This document shows positions 1 to 8,727 of a stretch of 64,000 nucleotides of DNA, piece after piece. The position numbers and the translations under genes are program-made. The DNA comes from Planctomycetota bacterium. GTDB taxonomy: Bacteria; Planctomycetota; UBA11346. A model generated the notes under the pieces. It ran no database searches. It was not told the origin of the DNA and saw only the letters and a list, made by a program, of their open reading frames with translations. The DNA is taken from positions 32,001-96,000 of the forward strand of contig JBBRLJ010000010.1 in NCBI GenBank assembly GCA_038231435.1. Reading direction: 5' to 3'. Each line of letters starts with the position of its first letter. The first letter of the stretch is position 1.

Positions 1-715
1 CCGAATACAGGTAGAGGCCTTTGAACGGCAGGATGGTGTGGTGCTGGCAGAAGCCGAAATCCCGGGCGATGCGGTCAGCGTGCAGCCCGCCCGCGTTCAC
101 CACGCAGCCGGCCTCGATGGTGCCGGTCGTGGTTCGTACCCGCGCCGCAGCGGCGGGATCCGCGGGTAGAGTCGCGCCCAGATACGCGCAACCGCGGCGG
201 ACCTCGACTCCCGCTGCTGCGGCGTCGGACGCGAGGCTGTTGATGACCGCGACCGGATCCGCCGAAGCCGTGGTAGGTGACCATAGCGCGCGCTGGCAGG
301 TCTTCACCCGCGGCTCGATGCGGCGGGCGTCGGCCTCGTCGATCATTTCGAGCTTCACGTGGTTGGCGCGGGCGCGGCGCAGCAGCTCATCGAGACCGGC
401 GAGTTCGCGCTCGTCCTTCGCCACCACCAGCTTGCCGCACTCGTTCAGAGGCAATCCGCGCTCGCGGCAGTAGGCGCGCAGGCGGCGGTTGCCATCGCGG
501 CAGAAGCGCGCCTTCATGCTGTCGGCTGAATAGTAGAATCCGGCGTGGATGACCCCGCTGTTGCGGCCGCTGGCGTGCCGGCCGCAATCCGGTTCCTTCT
601 CGAGCAGGGTCACGCGTGCGCGGGGCTCGCGTCGCTTCAGCTCGATCGCCACGGTCACGCCCACGATTCCGCCGCCGATGATCAGGTAGTCGGTGACGAG
701 GGGGCCAGCGCTCAT
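1..715 (-). CDS. lhgO: L-2-hydroxyglutarate oxidase (FAD-dependent, LhgO family), 5' part; runs off the left window edge
   Basis: Not in the ORF track because there is no stop in the window. Manual translation from ATG at 715: MSAGPLVTDYLIIGGGIVG (FAD dinucleotide-binding motif)...LLEKE...HASGRNSGVIHAGFYY...SMKARFCRDGN...CGKLVVA...VNAGGLHADRIA...ILPFKGLY, the signature motifs of LhgO. Confidence 0.88.
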   Translation of the reverse strand, partial: MSAGPLVTDYLIIGGGIVGVTVAIELKRREPRARVTLLEKEPDCGRHASGRNSGVIHAGFYYSADSMKARFCRDGNRRLRAYCRERGLPLNECGKLVVAKDERELAGLDELLRRARANHVKLEMIDEADARRIEPRVKTCQRALWSPTTASADPVAVINSLASDAAAAGVEVRRGCAYLGATLPADPAAAARVRTTTGTIEAGCVVNAGGLHADRIARDFGFCQHHTILPFKGLYLYS

Positions 716-948
716 GCGCGTAGCGTACGGCTGCGCGAGGATGCCGCCACGGTGTGGCAGGCGATCGCCAGGGTGATCGAGCAGCCTCGAGGGTGTGGCA
801 AGGAGGGTGGCTCGGATAGTCTGTGGCCGTGGGGGCAGGGAACTGGTCTTCGGGTGACCTGGCCTTGGAGTACCTGTGGAATACGCGGATTCGACATTTC
901 TGAGGCAAACGGCGCCGCGGTGGAATCTCCCTGGCTGGAGACCACCTG

Positions 949-1371
949 ATGGACGCCTGCATGCCCATGGATGATCGCCCCGCGCCCGCCGCGTCTTCGA
1001 CGCGTTCATCGTCGGATGCCGCAGCGGATGCCGCCGCGTCGCTAGATGAGAGCGGCCGGGACCTCGTGCTCTTGGATGCCTTTCGGCGCTCTGGCGATCG
1101 TGACGCCATGGATCGCCTGCTCTCGAGACATGATGCTGACGCCTACCGCCTCGCGCGGCGGCTCACCGGCAATGCCGCCGACGCCGAGGATGACTTGCAG
1201 GAGGCGTGCATCTGCTGCATGGCACATGCCAAGAGCTTTCGCGGAGACGGCGCTGTGCGGTTGTGGGTCCTGGCGATCGTGGCGAACGCCGCTCGCCATC
1301 ACCCGCACCATCACCATTCGACTTCTAGCTGCCTGACGTCGCCTGCCCGCCTTGCGGGGATGGCATCGTGA
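949..1371 (+). pseudogene. Truncated ECF sigma-70 factor (region 2 only, no region 4)
   Basis: GDRDAMDRLLSRH...AYRLARRLTGNAADAEDDLQEA...SFRGDGAVRLWVLAIVANAAR is a typical ECF region 2. The sequence then degenerates and overlaps the convergent esterase; no region-4 HTH. Confidence 0.65.
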
Positions 1372-2548
1372 ACAGATCCGATGTGACGATCGCCCCCCGA
1401 GCATCGCTCAGCGAGATGAATGCCTGTCTGGATCCGTTTGGAATCGTCGCCGAGATCGTACCCGACTCGCCGTTCGCCAGAGGCTGGTGCGGCAGGGGGG
1501 ACGTGATCCAGCGACGTTCACGCCAATCGCCGTGGTCCGCGGTGGACACCAGCGACGCGCCCACGATCGCGACATCCGATCGGTGGGACACGGTGAGGCG
1601 ATCTCCGCGAAGATCCGCCCCGATGATGCGCGCGAGGCCCGGACGACCACGCAGGTGCTCCTCGGCCATCAGCCAGATCTCGTCGGGATGGACGGAATCG
1701 CCATCGGCATGCACCAACTCGGTCCGCAATGACATGATGCGGGGCCCGGAACCCAGCCGCGCGGAGCGCATCCACGCATCCACCGGGAACGCCGGATCGT
1801 GCACGCCGTTGATCCACAGCATGGGCAGCGCTGCGCGAGTCAGGTGGACGGACGGATCCCAGCGCTCGTTCCAGGCGCTCGTGGCGGATCCGAGCTGTGC
1901 GAATCCCGAGGCGAAGAACGGCGACTCGGCGAGGGAGCCGCAGCCGTAGACTGGCGCCGCGAAGCGGAATCGCCGGTCGACCGAGGCTGCGATGCAGGTG
2001 AGGTATCCGCCCCACGAGTTTCCGGTGATGCCGATGCGCTCTGGATCGATCTCCGGCATGGAGCGCAGCAGCGAATGGGCGAGGACGATCGCCGCCACCG
2101 CGTGGTAGGTCCAGTGGTCGCGCGGTGGCTCGGACATCTGATCGAAGCCGCCCCATCCAGGTGGTCCACCGAGGTCATGTCGAGGCCGCTGGGCGAACTC
2201 CCCGCCCGGGACGCAGCCGCAGGTATCCATGGCGATGGCCGCGTAACCGCGCGCGTTCCACCACCGCACCCATGACGCGAAGGCGGTGCCGCCACCGCCA
2301 TGCACCAGTACCATCGCCGGCGCCGGACGCGCCCCTGGCTCGGGCAGTCCGAGCCAGGCGAACACCCGCGTGTTCCGCCCGCGCCAGGCTTCGCCGCGAT
2401 ACCACAGACCCGTCACATCCCCATCGGCGAAGCCATCGGCAGGGAAGCGTTCAGGAGGGGAGCCGAGGGCGCGCACATCCCTGATGTTGAGTTGCCCAGT
2501 GTCGAGAGGCCACATGGCGAGAGCCTCCGATCTGGTCCACCAGCGCAC
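1325..2548 (-). CDS. Alpha/beta hydrolase (acetyl xylan esterase / S9-like)
   Basis: VLVHGGGGTA oxyanion motif, RIGITGNSWGG nucleophile elbow, APVYGCG, WDPS, NGVHDPAF. Start uncertain (GTG 2548 or ATG 2515). Confidence 0.8.
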   Translation of the reverse strand: MRWWTRSEALAMWPLDTGQLNIRDVRALGSPPERFPADGFADGDVTGLWYRGEAWRGRNTRVFAWLGLPEPGARPAPAMVLVHGGGGTAFASWVRWWNARGYAAIAMDTCGCVPGGEFAQRPRHDLGGPPGWGGFDQMSEPPRDHWTYHAVAAIVLAHSLLRSMPEIDPERIGITGNSWGGYLTCIAASVDRRFRFAAPVYGCGSLAESPFFASGFAQLGSATSAWNERWDPSVHLTRAALPMLWINGVHDPAFPVDAWMRSARLGSGPRIMSLRTELVHADGDSVHPDEIWLMAEEHLRGRPGLARIIGADLRGDRLTVSHRSDVAIVGASLVSTADHGDWRERRWITSPLPHQPLANGESGTISATIPNGSRQAFISLSDARGAIVTSDLFTMPSPQGGQATSGS

Positions 2549-2599
2549 CGGCAGGATGTTCTTCTTTCGACGCGAAGCGCCGGAAAAGTGAGCCTGCGA

Positions 2600-2869
2600 T
2601 CAGAGCGCCTGCTTCTTGCGGAAATGCCGCGTCGACACCTCCATCAGGCGGCGCTTCTCCTCGAGAAAGTTCTCGATCGCGGTGTCGCGTGCCTGCGCCG
2701 CGGCCATGCCGCTGGCGCGCAGCGAAGTGGCCGCGGAACGAATGGCGTCGATCGCCGCGGTCCCGAATTTCTGGCGGATGTAGACCTCGCGCGGGTCGCG
2801 CATGGCGCGCAACGCCAGGACGCCGCAGAGGACGGCGATCGAGGCCATGATGAGGACGAGCCACCACAC
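2600..2869 (-). CDS. Small hypothetical protein with N-terminal transmembrane helix
   Basis: Hydrophobic N-terminus (WWLVLIMASIAVLCGVLAL) followed by a helical charged tail; fits the gap between co-oriented genes. Confidence 0.5.
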   Translation of the reverse strand: MWWLVLIMASIAVLCGVLALRAMRDPREVYIRQKFGTAAIDAIRSAATSLRASGMAAAQARDTAIENFLEEKRRLMEVSTRHFRKKQAL

Positions 2870-2971
2870 GGAGGCGATTAGAGCGTGCGCGCGGGGACCG
2901 CAACAGCGCGCCGCTCCTGGATAGAGCTCAGGACGGCCACTGGATGACCAGCGGGCGGTCGGTGCGAGGTG

Positions 2972-3979
2972 CTACTTGCGCCAGAACTCGTGGTGCGGGT
3001 AGCGGTAGGTGGACAGCTCCTCGCCGACCGCGAGCGCCGGCGAGGCGAACTCCGCCTCGGGACGGTAGACGAAGGGTTGCTCGCCGCGCGCGTACGCGGC
3101 CTGGGCGCGGTGGTGCTGACAGGCCAGCAGCACCTTCTGCTTGAGCGGGATGTACGCGGGGATGTGCGGGCCCATCGTGCGCTCGATCTGGCCGCGCCGG
3201 AATTCGTAATAGAGCACGCGCCGTAGCTTGCCGTTGGTCGTGGGCGGCGAACCGTGCAAGGCGAGGATGTTGTGGAAGATCACGTCACCCGGGTTCATGG
3301 TGATTGGCAGCGCGCCGTGGCTGGTTTTGAATCCGCCGGCGTTCAGGTCGGTGATCGTCTGGTTGGCGCGCTCGGCGCTCCAGCGATTCGAGCCGAGGAT
3401 GCCCCACACGCAATTGCTGGTGTCGGCGCGATCCAGGTAGAAGTCGACGTTGAAGATGGGGAATGTGTAGTCCGATCCGTCGGTGGTGTCGACGTTGTCG
3501 GTGCCGGAATCGCGATGCCAGGGGATGGCCACACCCGAGCCGCCGTTCTTGAACACCATGCTGTCCCAGGTCGGAACGAAGCTACGGCCCTGAAGCTTCT
3601 CGACCGAGCGCAGGATGAAGGGATGTCCGAGCAGCGCCTTGCAGGCGGGCCCCTTGTCGATCACGTATTCGACGCGGAAGGGCGTGCGCTCGCCGGTGAG
3701 CTCGTGGTCCTTGTACATGTAGTCGGGATGATCGACGCCACGGTTGGCGTTGTCGATGTAGACCTGGGTCTCGTGCTGGATCGCGGCGAGCTCGGCGCCG
3801 CGCACGACGTTGCGGATCACCAGCAGCCCATTGTCGCGCATGAACGCGGCCTGCTCGTCGGTGATGCCGTCCTGCGTGGCCGCATCGATGTGGGGAAAGG
3901 CAGCCGCGGCAGCGGCGAGCGCGCGGGCCAGCTCGGGGGTGGACGATGGGGCGGTGGCGGTGCTCATGACCGCCAGCAT
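2972..3979 (-). CDS. Phytanoyl-CoA dioxygenase (PhyH) family Fe(II)/2-oxoglutarate dioxygenase
   Basis: F..NGLLVIRNV, IPWHRD (HxD), NVDFYLD, PGDVIFHNILALHGS..N..RR. Start 3979 or 3967. Confidence 0.85.
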   Translation of the reverse strand: MLAVMSTATAPSSTPELARALAAAAAAFPHIDAATQDGITDEQAAFMRDNGLLVIRNVVRGAELAAIQHETQVYIDNANRGVDHPDYMYKDHELTGERTPFRVEYVIDKGPACKALLGHPFILRSVEKLQGRSFVPTWDSMVFKNGGSGVAIPWHRDSGTDNVDTTDGSDYTFPIFNVDFYLDRADTSNCVWGILGSNRWSAERANQTITDLNAGGFKTSHGALPITMNPGDVIFHNILALHGSPPTTNGKLRRVLYYEFRRGQIERTMGPHIPAYIPLKQKVLLACQHHRAQAAYARGEQPFVYRPEAEFASPALAVGEELSTYRYPHHEFWRK

Positions 3980-4046
3980 GGCCGTCGGGGGCCACGGATC
4001 TTCCCGGGGGGCGGGTCGAGTTTCTCGAATACTAAGGTCGCACCGC

Positions 4047-4092
4047 CCGTCGTCCGTGGCTGCCCTGCTGTCGCCGATGGGCGACGGACGTC
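4047..4092. repeat. Short copy of GTCCGTC/GGACGAC heptamer palindromic repeat
   Basis: CCGTCGTCCGTGG ... GACGGACG immediately downstream of the ALDH stop; same units as at 8543-8685 and 32002-32110. Confidence 0.45.
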
Positions 4093-4094
4093 CG

Positions 4095-5618
4095 TCAGAC
4101 CGTGAACGTCACGCCCTGCGCGAGCGGCAGCTCTCCGGAATAGTTGATCGTGTTGGTGGTGCGGCGCATGTACGACTTCCACGCGTCGGAACCGGATTCG
4201 CGGCCGCCGCCGGTCTGCTTCTCGCCGCCAAAGGCGCCGCCAATCTCGGCGCCCGAGGTGCCGATGTTGACGTTGGCGATGCCGCAGTCGGAGCCGGACG
4301 ATGCCATGAAGCGCTCAGCCTCGCCGACATCGCGGGTGAAGATCGCTGACGACAGGCCCTGGGGCACGCCGTTGTTGATGGCGATGGCCTCGTCGACGCG
4401 GTCGTAGGGCAGGATGTAGAGGATCGGCGCGAAGGTCTCCTCCTGCACGATCGCGGCATTGGCCTCGATCTCGACCAGCGCCGGGCGCACGTAAGCGCCG
4501 CCGCCCGGCCCGACGACCGTTTCGCCACCGTGGACCACGCCGCCCTGGCGGCGCGCGGCGTCGAGCGCGGCGCGCATCGCGGCGGCGGAGCCGTCGTCGA
4601 TCAGCGGGCCCACCAAGACTCCGGGAGCGCGCGGATCGCCGATCGGCAGTGTGGCGTAGACCGTCTTCAGCCGCGCGACCAGGCTGGCGCGCAGCGAGCG
4701 GTGCACGATCAGACGGCGCAGGCTGGTGCAGCGCTGTCCGCAGGTGCCCACCGCCGAGAACACGATCGCGCGCGTCGCGAGCTCGAGATCGGCGGAGGGG
4801 GCGACGATCATGGCGTTGTTGCCGCCCAGCTCGAGTAAGGTGCGTCCGAGCCGCTTCGCCACCGTCGCCGCCACCGCCTGGCCCATGCGCACCGAGCCGG
4901 TGGCCGACAGCAGCGGGATCCGGGGCGATTCCGCCAGGCGGTTGCCGATCTCGCGTCCGCCGACCACCAGGCTGACGAGGCCCGGCGGCATGTCGGGCAG
5001 GTCTGCGATCACCTCGCACACCAGACGGTGCGCGGCGATCGCGCACAGCGAGGCCTTCTCGGAGGGTTTCCAGATCACCGGATCGCCGCAGACCAGGCCG
5101 ACCATCGCGTTCCACGCCCACACGGCCATCGGGAAGTTGAAGGCGGTGATGACGCCGATCGGTCCGAGCGGATGCCACTGCTCCATCATGCGGTGCCCGG
5201 GTCGCTCGCTGGCGATGGTGAGGCCGTGCAGCTGGCGCGACAGGCCGACCGCGAACTCGCAGATGTCGATCCATTCCTGGATCTCACCGAGCGCCTCCTG
5301 CGGGATCTTGCCGACCTCGAGCGTGATCAGCGGTGCGAGCTCGGACTTGCGTGCACGCACGCGCTCGCCGATGCGCCGCACCAGCTCTCCGCGTTTCGGT
5401 GCCGGCACGTTGCGCCAGGCGGCGAAGGCGGTCTCGGACGCGGCGATGGCGGCGTCGACTTCGTCGATCGACGCCGAGCGGATGCTGGCGATGCGCGCGC
5501 CGTCGATCGGCGAGCGCGCGGGCATCACCGGTCCGCGGCCCGCGCGCCAATCGCCGCCGATCGCGACGCCGCTGGCATCGGGCGAGATCGACAGCCGGGC
5601 CAGCACGTCGGCGCTCAT
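4095..5618 (-). CDS. Aldehyde dehydrogenase family 7 (piperideine-6-carboxylate / 2-aminoadipate semialdehyde dehydrogenase)
   Basis: ALDH7 signatures: GEIQEWIDICEFAVGLSRQLHGLTIASERPGH, ITAFNFPMAVWAWN, LELGGNNA, GTCGQRCT (catalytic Cys), GAEIGGAFGGEKQTGGGRESGSDAWKSYMRR, LPLAQG. Confidence 0.93.
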   Translation of the reverse strand: MSADVLARLSISPDASGVAIGGDWRAGRGPVMPARSPIDGARIASIRSASIDEVDAAIAASETAFAAWRNVPAPKRGELVRRIGERVRARKSELAPLITLEVGKIPQEALGEIQEWIDICEFAVGLSRQLHGLTIASERPGHRMMEQWHPLGPIGVITAFNFPMAVWAWNAMVGLVCGDPVIWKPSEKASLCAIAAHRLVCEVIADLPDMPPGLVSLVVGGREIGNRLAESPRIPLLSATGSVRMGQAVAATVAKRLGRTLLELGGNNAMIVAPSADLELATRAIVFSAVGTCGQRCTSLRRLIVHRSLRASLVARLKTVYATLPIGDPRAPGVLVGPLIDDGSAAAMRAALDAARRQGGVVHGGETVVGPGGGAYVRPALVEIEANAAIVQEETFAPILYILPYDRVDEAIAINNGVPQGLSSAIFTRDVGEAERFMASSGSDCGIANVNIGTSGAEIGGAFGGEKQTGGGRESGSDAWKSYMRRTTNTINYSGELPLAQGVTFTV

Positions 5619-6781
5619 CGCTTGGCCTCGTGCCTGCCGGTGCCGGGCAGGTTGCTCTCCACCGGTCGGGATACGCCGGGAAGCGACAGCGATTGCGCGT
5701 GCTTGTCATAGGCGCGACCGAAGCGGTTGGCGAGGAACACGTCGAGCGCGACCTGCTCCTGGCGCACGAATCCCTGGGTGGGCAGACCGCCCGCGAGATG
5801 CAGGTCGACGACCGCGCAGATGCCCGATGCGGTGGTGATCTGGATCGCGCTCCATGGTTCGCCGAAGAGCTCGGCGTGGTAGATCTTGCGCGCGTCGGTG
5901 AGCTGGGTCAGGTAGCCGCCCTTCCATCCGGTGACGGTGCAGAACACCAGCACCACGTCCTGCGAGGTGATCGGCACCGCGTGCTCGAGGATGTCCTTGA
6001 GGATGTGGCGGCGCGAGGACAGCCGCAGCTCGTTGACCAGGAAGGCGACCAGGTCGCGGTGGCCGCGATAGCGCACGGTCTTGTAGTCGAGGTTGCGCGC
6101 CTTGCCCGCAAGCGTCTCCCACAGCGTGCCGAGTCCGCCCGAGGTGTTGAACGCCTCGTAGTCGACGCCGTCGAGCGAGAAGTGCTCGAGGCCTTCGAGC
6201 GGCAGCACCTCGAGGCGCGAGCCCTCGTGGATGACCTCGCAGGGATTGCAGTATTCGTTGATCAGGCCGTCGGTGGACCAGGTGAGGTTGTACTTGAACT
6301 CGTTGGTGGGGAACTGCGGCAGCGCGCCCACGCGCAGGCGTACCTCGTCGAGCTTGTCGAAGCGCTTGGTCAGGTGGTGGCCGGCTATGGCGATGAAGCC
6401 GGGGGCGAGCCCGCACTGCGGCATGAACACCTGGCCGGGCTTGGCCCGCTTCGAGACCTCGAGCACCGCGCGGGTGGTTGCGACGTCCTCGGTGAGGTCG
6501 AAGTAGCTCACGCCCGAGGCGAGCGCGGCGTTGGCGATGCCGGGGTTGACCGCGAACGAGCAGGCGGAGATGACCAGGCGCTTGCCGGCCATGGCCTTCA
6601 CCAGCGCCTCCTGGCTTGCCACGTCGAGCTGCTGGGTGGTGACGCGATCGATGCCAGCGAGGCGTTTCAACGCGGTCTGGTCGATGTCGCCGACGGTGAT
6701 CCGGTAGTCGCCGCAGGAGGACAGCAGCTTGGCGATGGCCCTGCCGATCTTGCCGGCTCCGAGCAACAGGACGTCGTGCAT
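5615..6781 (-). CDS. Saccharopine dehydrogenase-like / lysine 6-dehydrogenase family oxidoreductase
   Basis: True start ATG 6781 with GGAG RBS (the track's 940-aa ORF is an antisense extension). LLLGAGKIG Rossmann motif, YFDLTED, PQCGLAPG, YNLTWSTDGLINEY, EAFNTSGGLGT, YKTVRYRGH; overlaps the ALDH start by 4 nt. Confidence 0.88.
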   Translation of the reverse strand: MHDVLLLGAGKIGRAIAKLLSSCGDYRITVGDIDQTALKRLAGIDRVTTQQLDVASQEALVKAMAGKRLVISACSFAVNPGIANAALASGVSYFDLTEDVATTRAVLEVSKRAKPGQVFMPQCGLAPGFIAIAGHHLTKRFDKLDEVRLRVGALPQFPTNEFKYNLTWSTDGLINEYCNPCEVIHEGSRLEVLPLEGLEHFSLDGVDYEAFNTSGGLGTLWETLAGKARNLDYKTVRYRGHRDLVAFLVNELRLSSRRHILKDILEHAVPITSQDVVLVFCTVTGWKGGYLTQLTDARKIYHAELFGEPWSAIQITTASGICAVVDLHLAGGLPTQGFVRQEQVALDVFLANRFGRAYDKHAQSLSLPGVSRPVESNLPGTGRHEAKR

Positions 6782-7105
6782 GAGATCTCCTGACGGCTCG
6801 CGAGTGGGGCTCTGGGGTAGGAAATGGCGGACTTCGAAGGCCGTGCCGAGGCGTTTCCATCCGGCACGGACGAGCGGATCTACCCATGCAGCATACCCAA
6901 TCGGGTCAACGACTTCCAGTGCCCAGCGAGGTCTCTCACCACACCCGTCCGAGCAACCTGCTAGGGGACATCGGTGCGGATCCGCTGTATACTCGATCAT
7001 GACGGCGGCCGTGCCGCCATCCGCCATCCGCCGCCGCCGCCGCCGCCATCGCCTCGTCCTGGCGATCGAGCTCTCCGAGGAAGTCATCATGAGGTCCCGC
7101 AGTCC

Positions 7106-8515
7106 GTGAACCTCCCCGACCTGTCCGGCAGGAATACCATCATCCCCAGCGGCATGGATCCCGACGGGCTCGATGCGTTCCATTGGGAACCGCAACCGAA
7201 GGCGGCGGCGGTGGTCGATGAGCTGGTTGCGAACTTCCTCAAACGCTGCCCCGAGGCGGCCGCACTCGCCAAGCGCATGCACGACGAGACCGCCACCCGC
7301 TTCATCGATTGGATCGACGCGGCGGTGGTGCCCGGCTCGCCGGATTTGAGCGATCGACTGCGCAAGGCCGGCTTCACCCTGCGTCCGCGCCGCGGCGCCG
7401 ACACCTGCTTCACCCACGAGGCCGCCACCTTCCCCGATGTGGTGCTGGTTCCCGAGCAGACCATGCGCGTGGCGATCTTCGTCGATTCGTGCGCGGATTT
7501 CTGCGCCGCGCATGCGTTGCAGCCGGCGATCGAGGGGGTGCCGTTCGGCCCGTTCCGCCGCGTGCGCGCCTTCACCGGCGACAGCGCCGAGCTGTGGGTG
7601 GTCGAGCGCCACGGCTACGATGGCTACCGCGTCACCGATCTCGATCCCGGTTACGCGCTGTCCTGCGTGCGCACCCACGAGGCTCTGCGCGCCCGCCGCC
7701 GCGTATTCGCCGGCGACGAGGAGGCCTTCGACCACGCCGAGGACGTCATCACCAAGGCGATCATGGACGTGGGCCGCGACATGGCCTGCGACCTGTTTTT
7801 CGCCGCCGAGCGCGAGTACTGGCAGCGCCGCAACCGCGCCGCGCGGGTGCAGAAGGAGCGCCAGGACGCGCTCGGGCTCGGTTGGGCCAACCATGACCAC
7901 CACACCTACCGCTCGTCGCGCCAGTGCTTCAAGCGCCTGATCTCGATGCTCGAGATGCTGGGCCTGCAGTGCCGTGAGCGCTTCCATCCTGGCGGCGAGG
8001 CCGGCTGGGGAGCGCAGGTGCTCGAGCACCCGGTCACCGGGGTGGTGGTGTTTGCCGACGTCGACATGACCTCCGATGAACTGAAGAAGGACTTCGCCCA
8101 TCTCGGCCTGCAGCCGAGCAAGAAGCTCGGCACCGTCGGGCTGTGGTGCGCGCTGCACGGCGAGGCCTTCCTCCAGGCCGGCATGCACCACCTCGAATGC
8201 ACCTTCGACCACGCCGCGCTCACCGCGCAGCTGGCAACGGCGGGCATCGGCATGATGACGCCGTTCAGCGATTTTCCGTACCTGCGCCAGGCGTTCTCGA
8301 CCGGCGAGATCTGGCAGGTGCGCCGCGAGCGCGTCATGCGCCTGCTCGCCACCGAGCAGATCGACCCCCGCCAGGCGCGCATCTTCCTCGACGAGGGCGT
8401 GATCGGCTCCCACCTCGAGAACCTCGAGCGCAATCACGGCTTCAAGGGTTTCAACCAGACCGGCGTCGACCAGATCATCTCGGCCACGGATCCGAGGAAG
8501 GCGACATCGCGCTAG
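7106..8515 (+). CDS. Conserved hypothetical protein, putative VOC-fold Fe(II) enzyme related to HglS/DUF1338 (2-oxoadipate dioxygenase/decarboxylase)
   Basis: Clean high-GC codon usage. Motifs NHDHHTYRS, LWCALHG...GMHHLE and HLENLER..GFKGFNQTGVDQIISAT parallel the three DUF1338 motifs. Start GTG 7106 (GAGG upstream) or ATG 7154. The gene is very likely real; the function is inferred. Confidence 0.6.
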   Translation: MNLPDLSGRNTIIPSGMDPDGLDAFHWEPQPKAAAVVDELVANFLKRCPEAAALAKRMHDETATRFIDWIDAAVVPGSPDLSDRLRKAGFTLRPRRGADTCFTHEAATFPDVVLVPEQTMRVAIFVDSCADFCAAHALQPAIEGVPFGPFRRVRAFTGDSAELWVVERHGYDGYRVTDLDPGYALSCVRTHEALRARRRVFAGDEEAFDHAEDVITKAIMDVGRDMACDLFFAAEREYWQRRNRAARVQKERQDALGLGWANHDHHTYRSSRQCFKRLISMLEMLGLQCRERFHPGGEAGWGAQVLEHPVTGVVVFADVDMTSDELKKDFAHLGLQPSKKLGTVGLWCALHGEAFLQAGMHHLECTFDHAALTAQLATAGIGMMTPFSDFPYLRQAFSTGEIWQVRRERVMRLLATEQIDPRQARIFLDEGVIGSHLENLERNHGFKGFNQTGVDQIISATDPRKATSR

Positions 8516-8542
8516 CGCGATCGGGGCTCCACCGCGAGTACC

Positions 8543-8685
8543 GTCCCTGGTCCCTGGTCCGTGGTCCGACGTCGACGACAGACGGCATTCTGGGAATGGT
8601 ATCAGATCTGCGCTGCCCGGCTGTCTCTGACGCCTGATGAAGGACCACGGACGACGGACGCGGCTATCCTGACGACGGACGTTTC
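8543..8685. repeat. Inverted heptamer-array repeat (GTCC(C/G)TG)n ... (GGAC(C/G)AC)n
   Basis: GTCCCTG-GTCCCTG-GTCCGTG-GTCCG at 8543-8568, complementary GGACCAC-GGACGAC-GGACG at 8642-8660, and GACGACGGACG at 8671-8681. Confidence 0.6.
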
Positions 8686-8727
8686 CTCGGCGCTACCCGC
8701 GCGCATCCGCCGTACTACAACCAGCCC

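Noticed and set aside
6782..7105. Lysine riboswitch upstream of the lysine-catabolic genes
   Set aside because: No recognisable L-box consensus; only a GCC-rich low-complexity run.
6782..8437. N-terminal 550 aa of the track's 940-aa minus-strand ORF, suggesting a giant fused dehydrogenase
   Set aside because: It is the antisense shadow of the plus-strand gene 7106-8515; the dehydrogenase has its own RBS and start at 6781.
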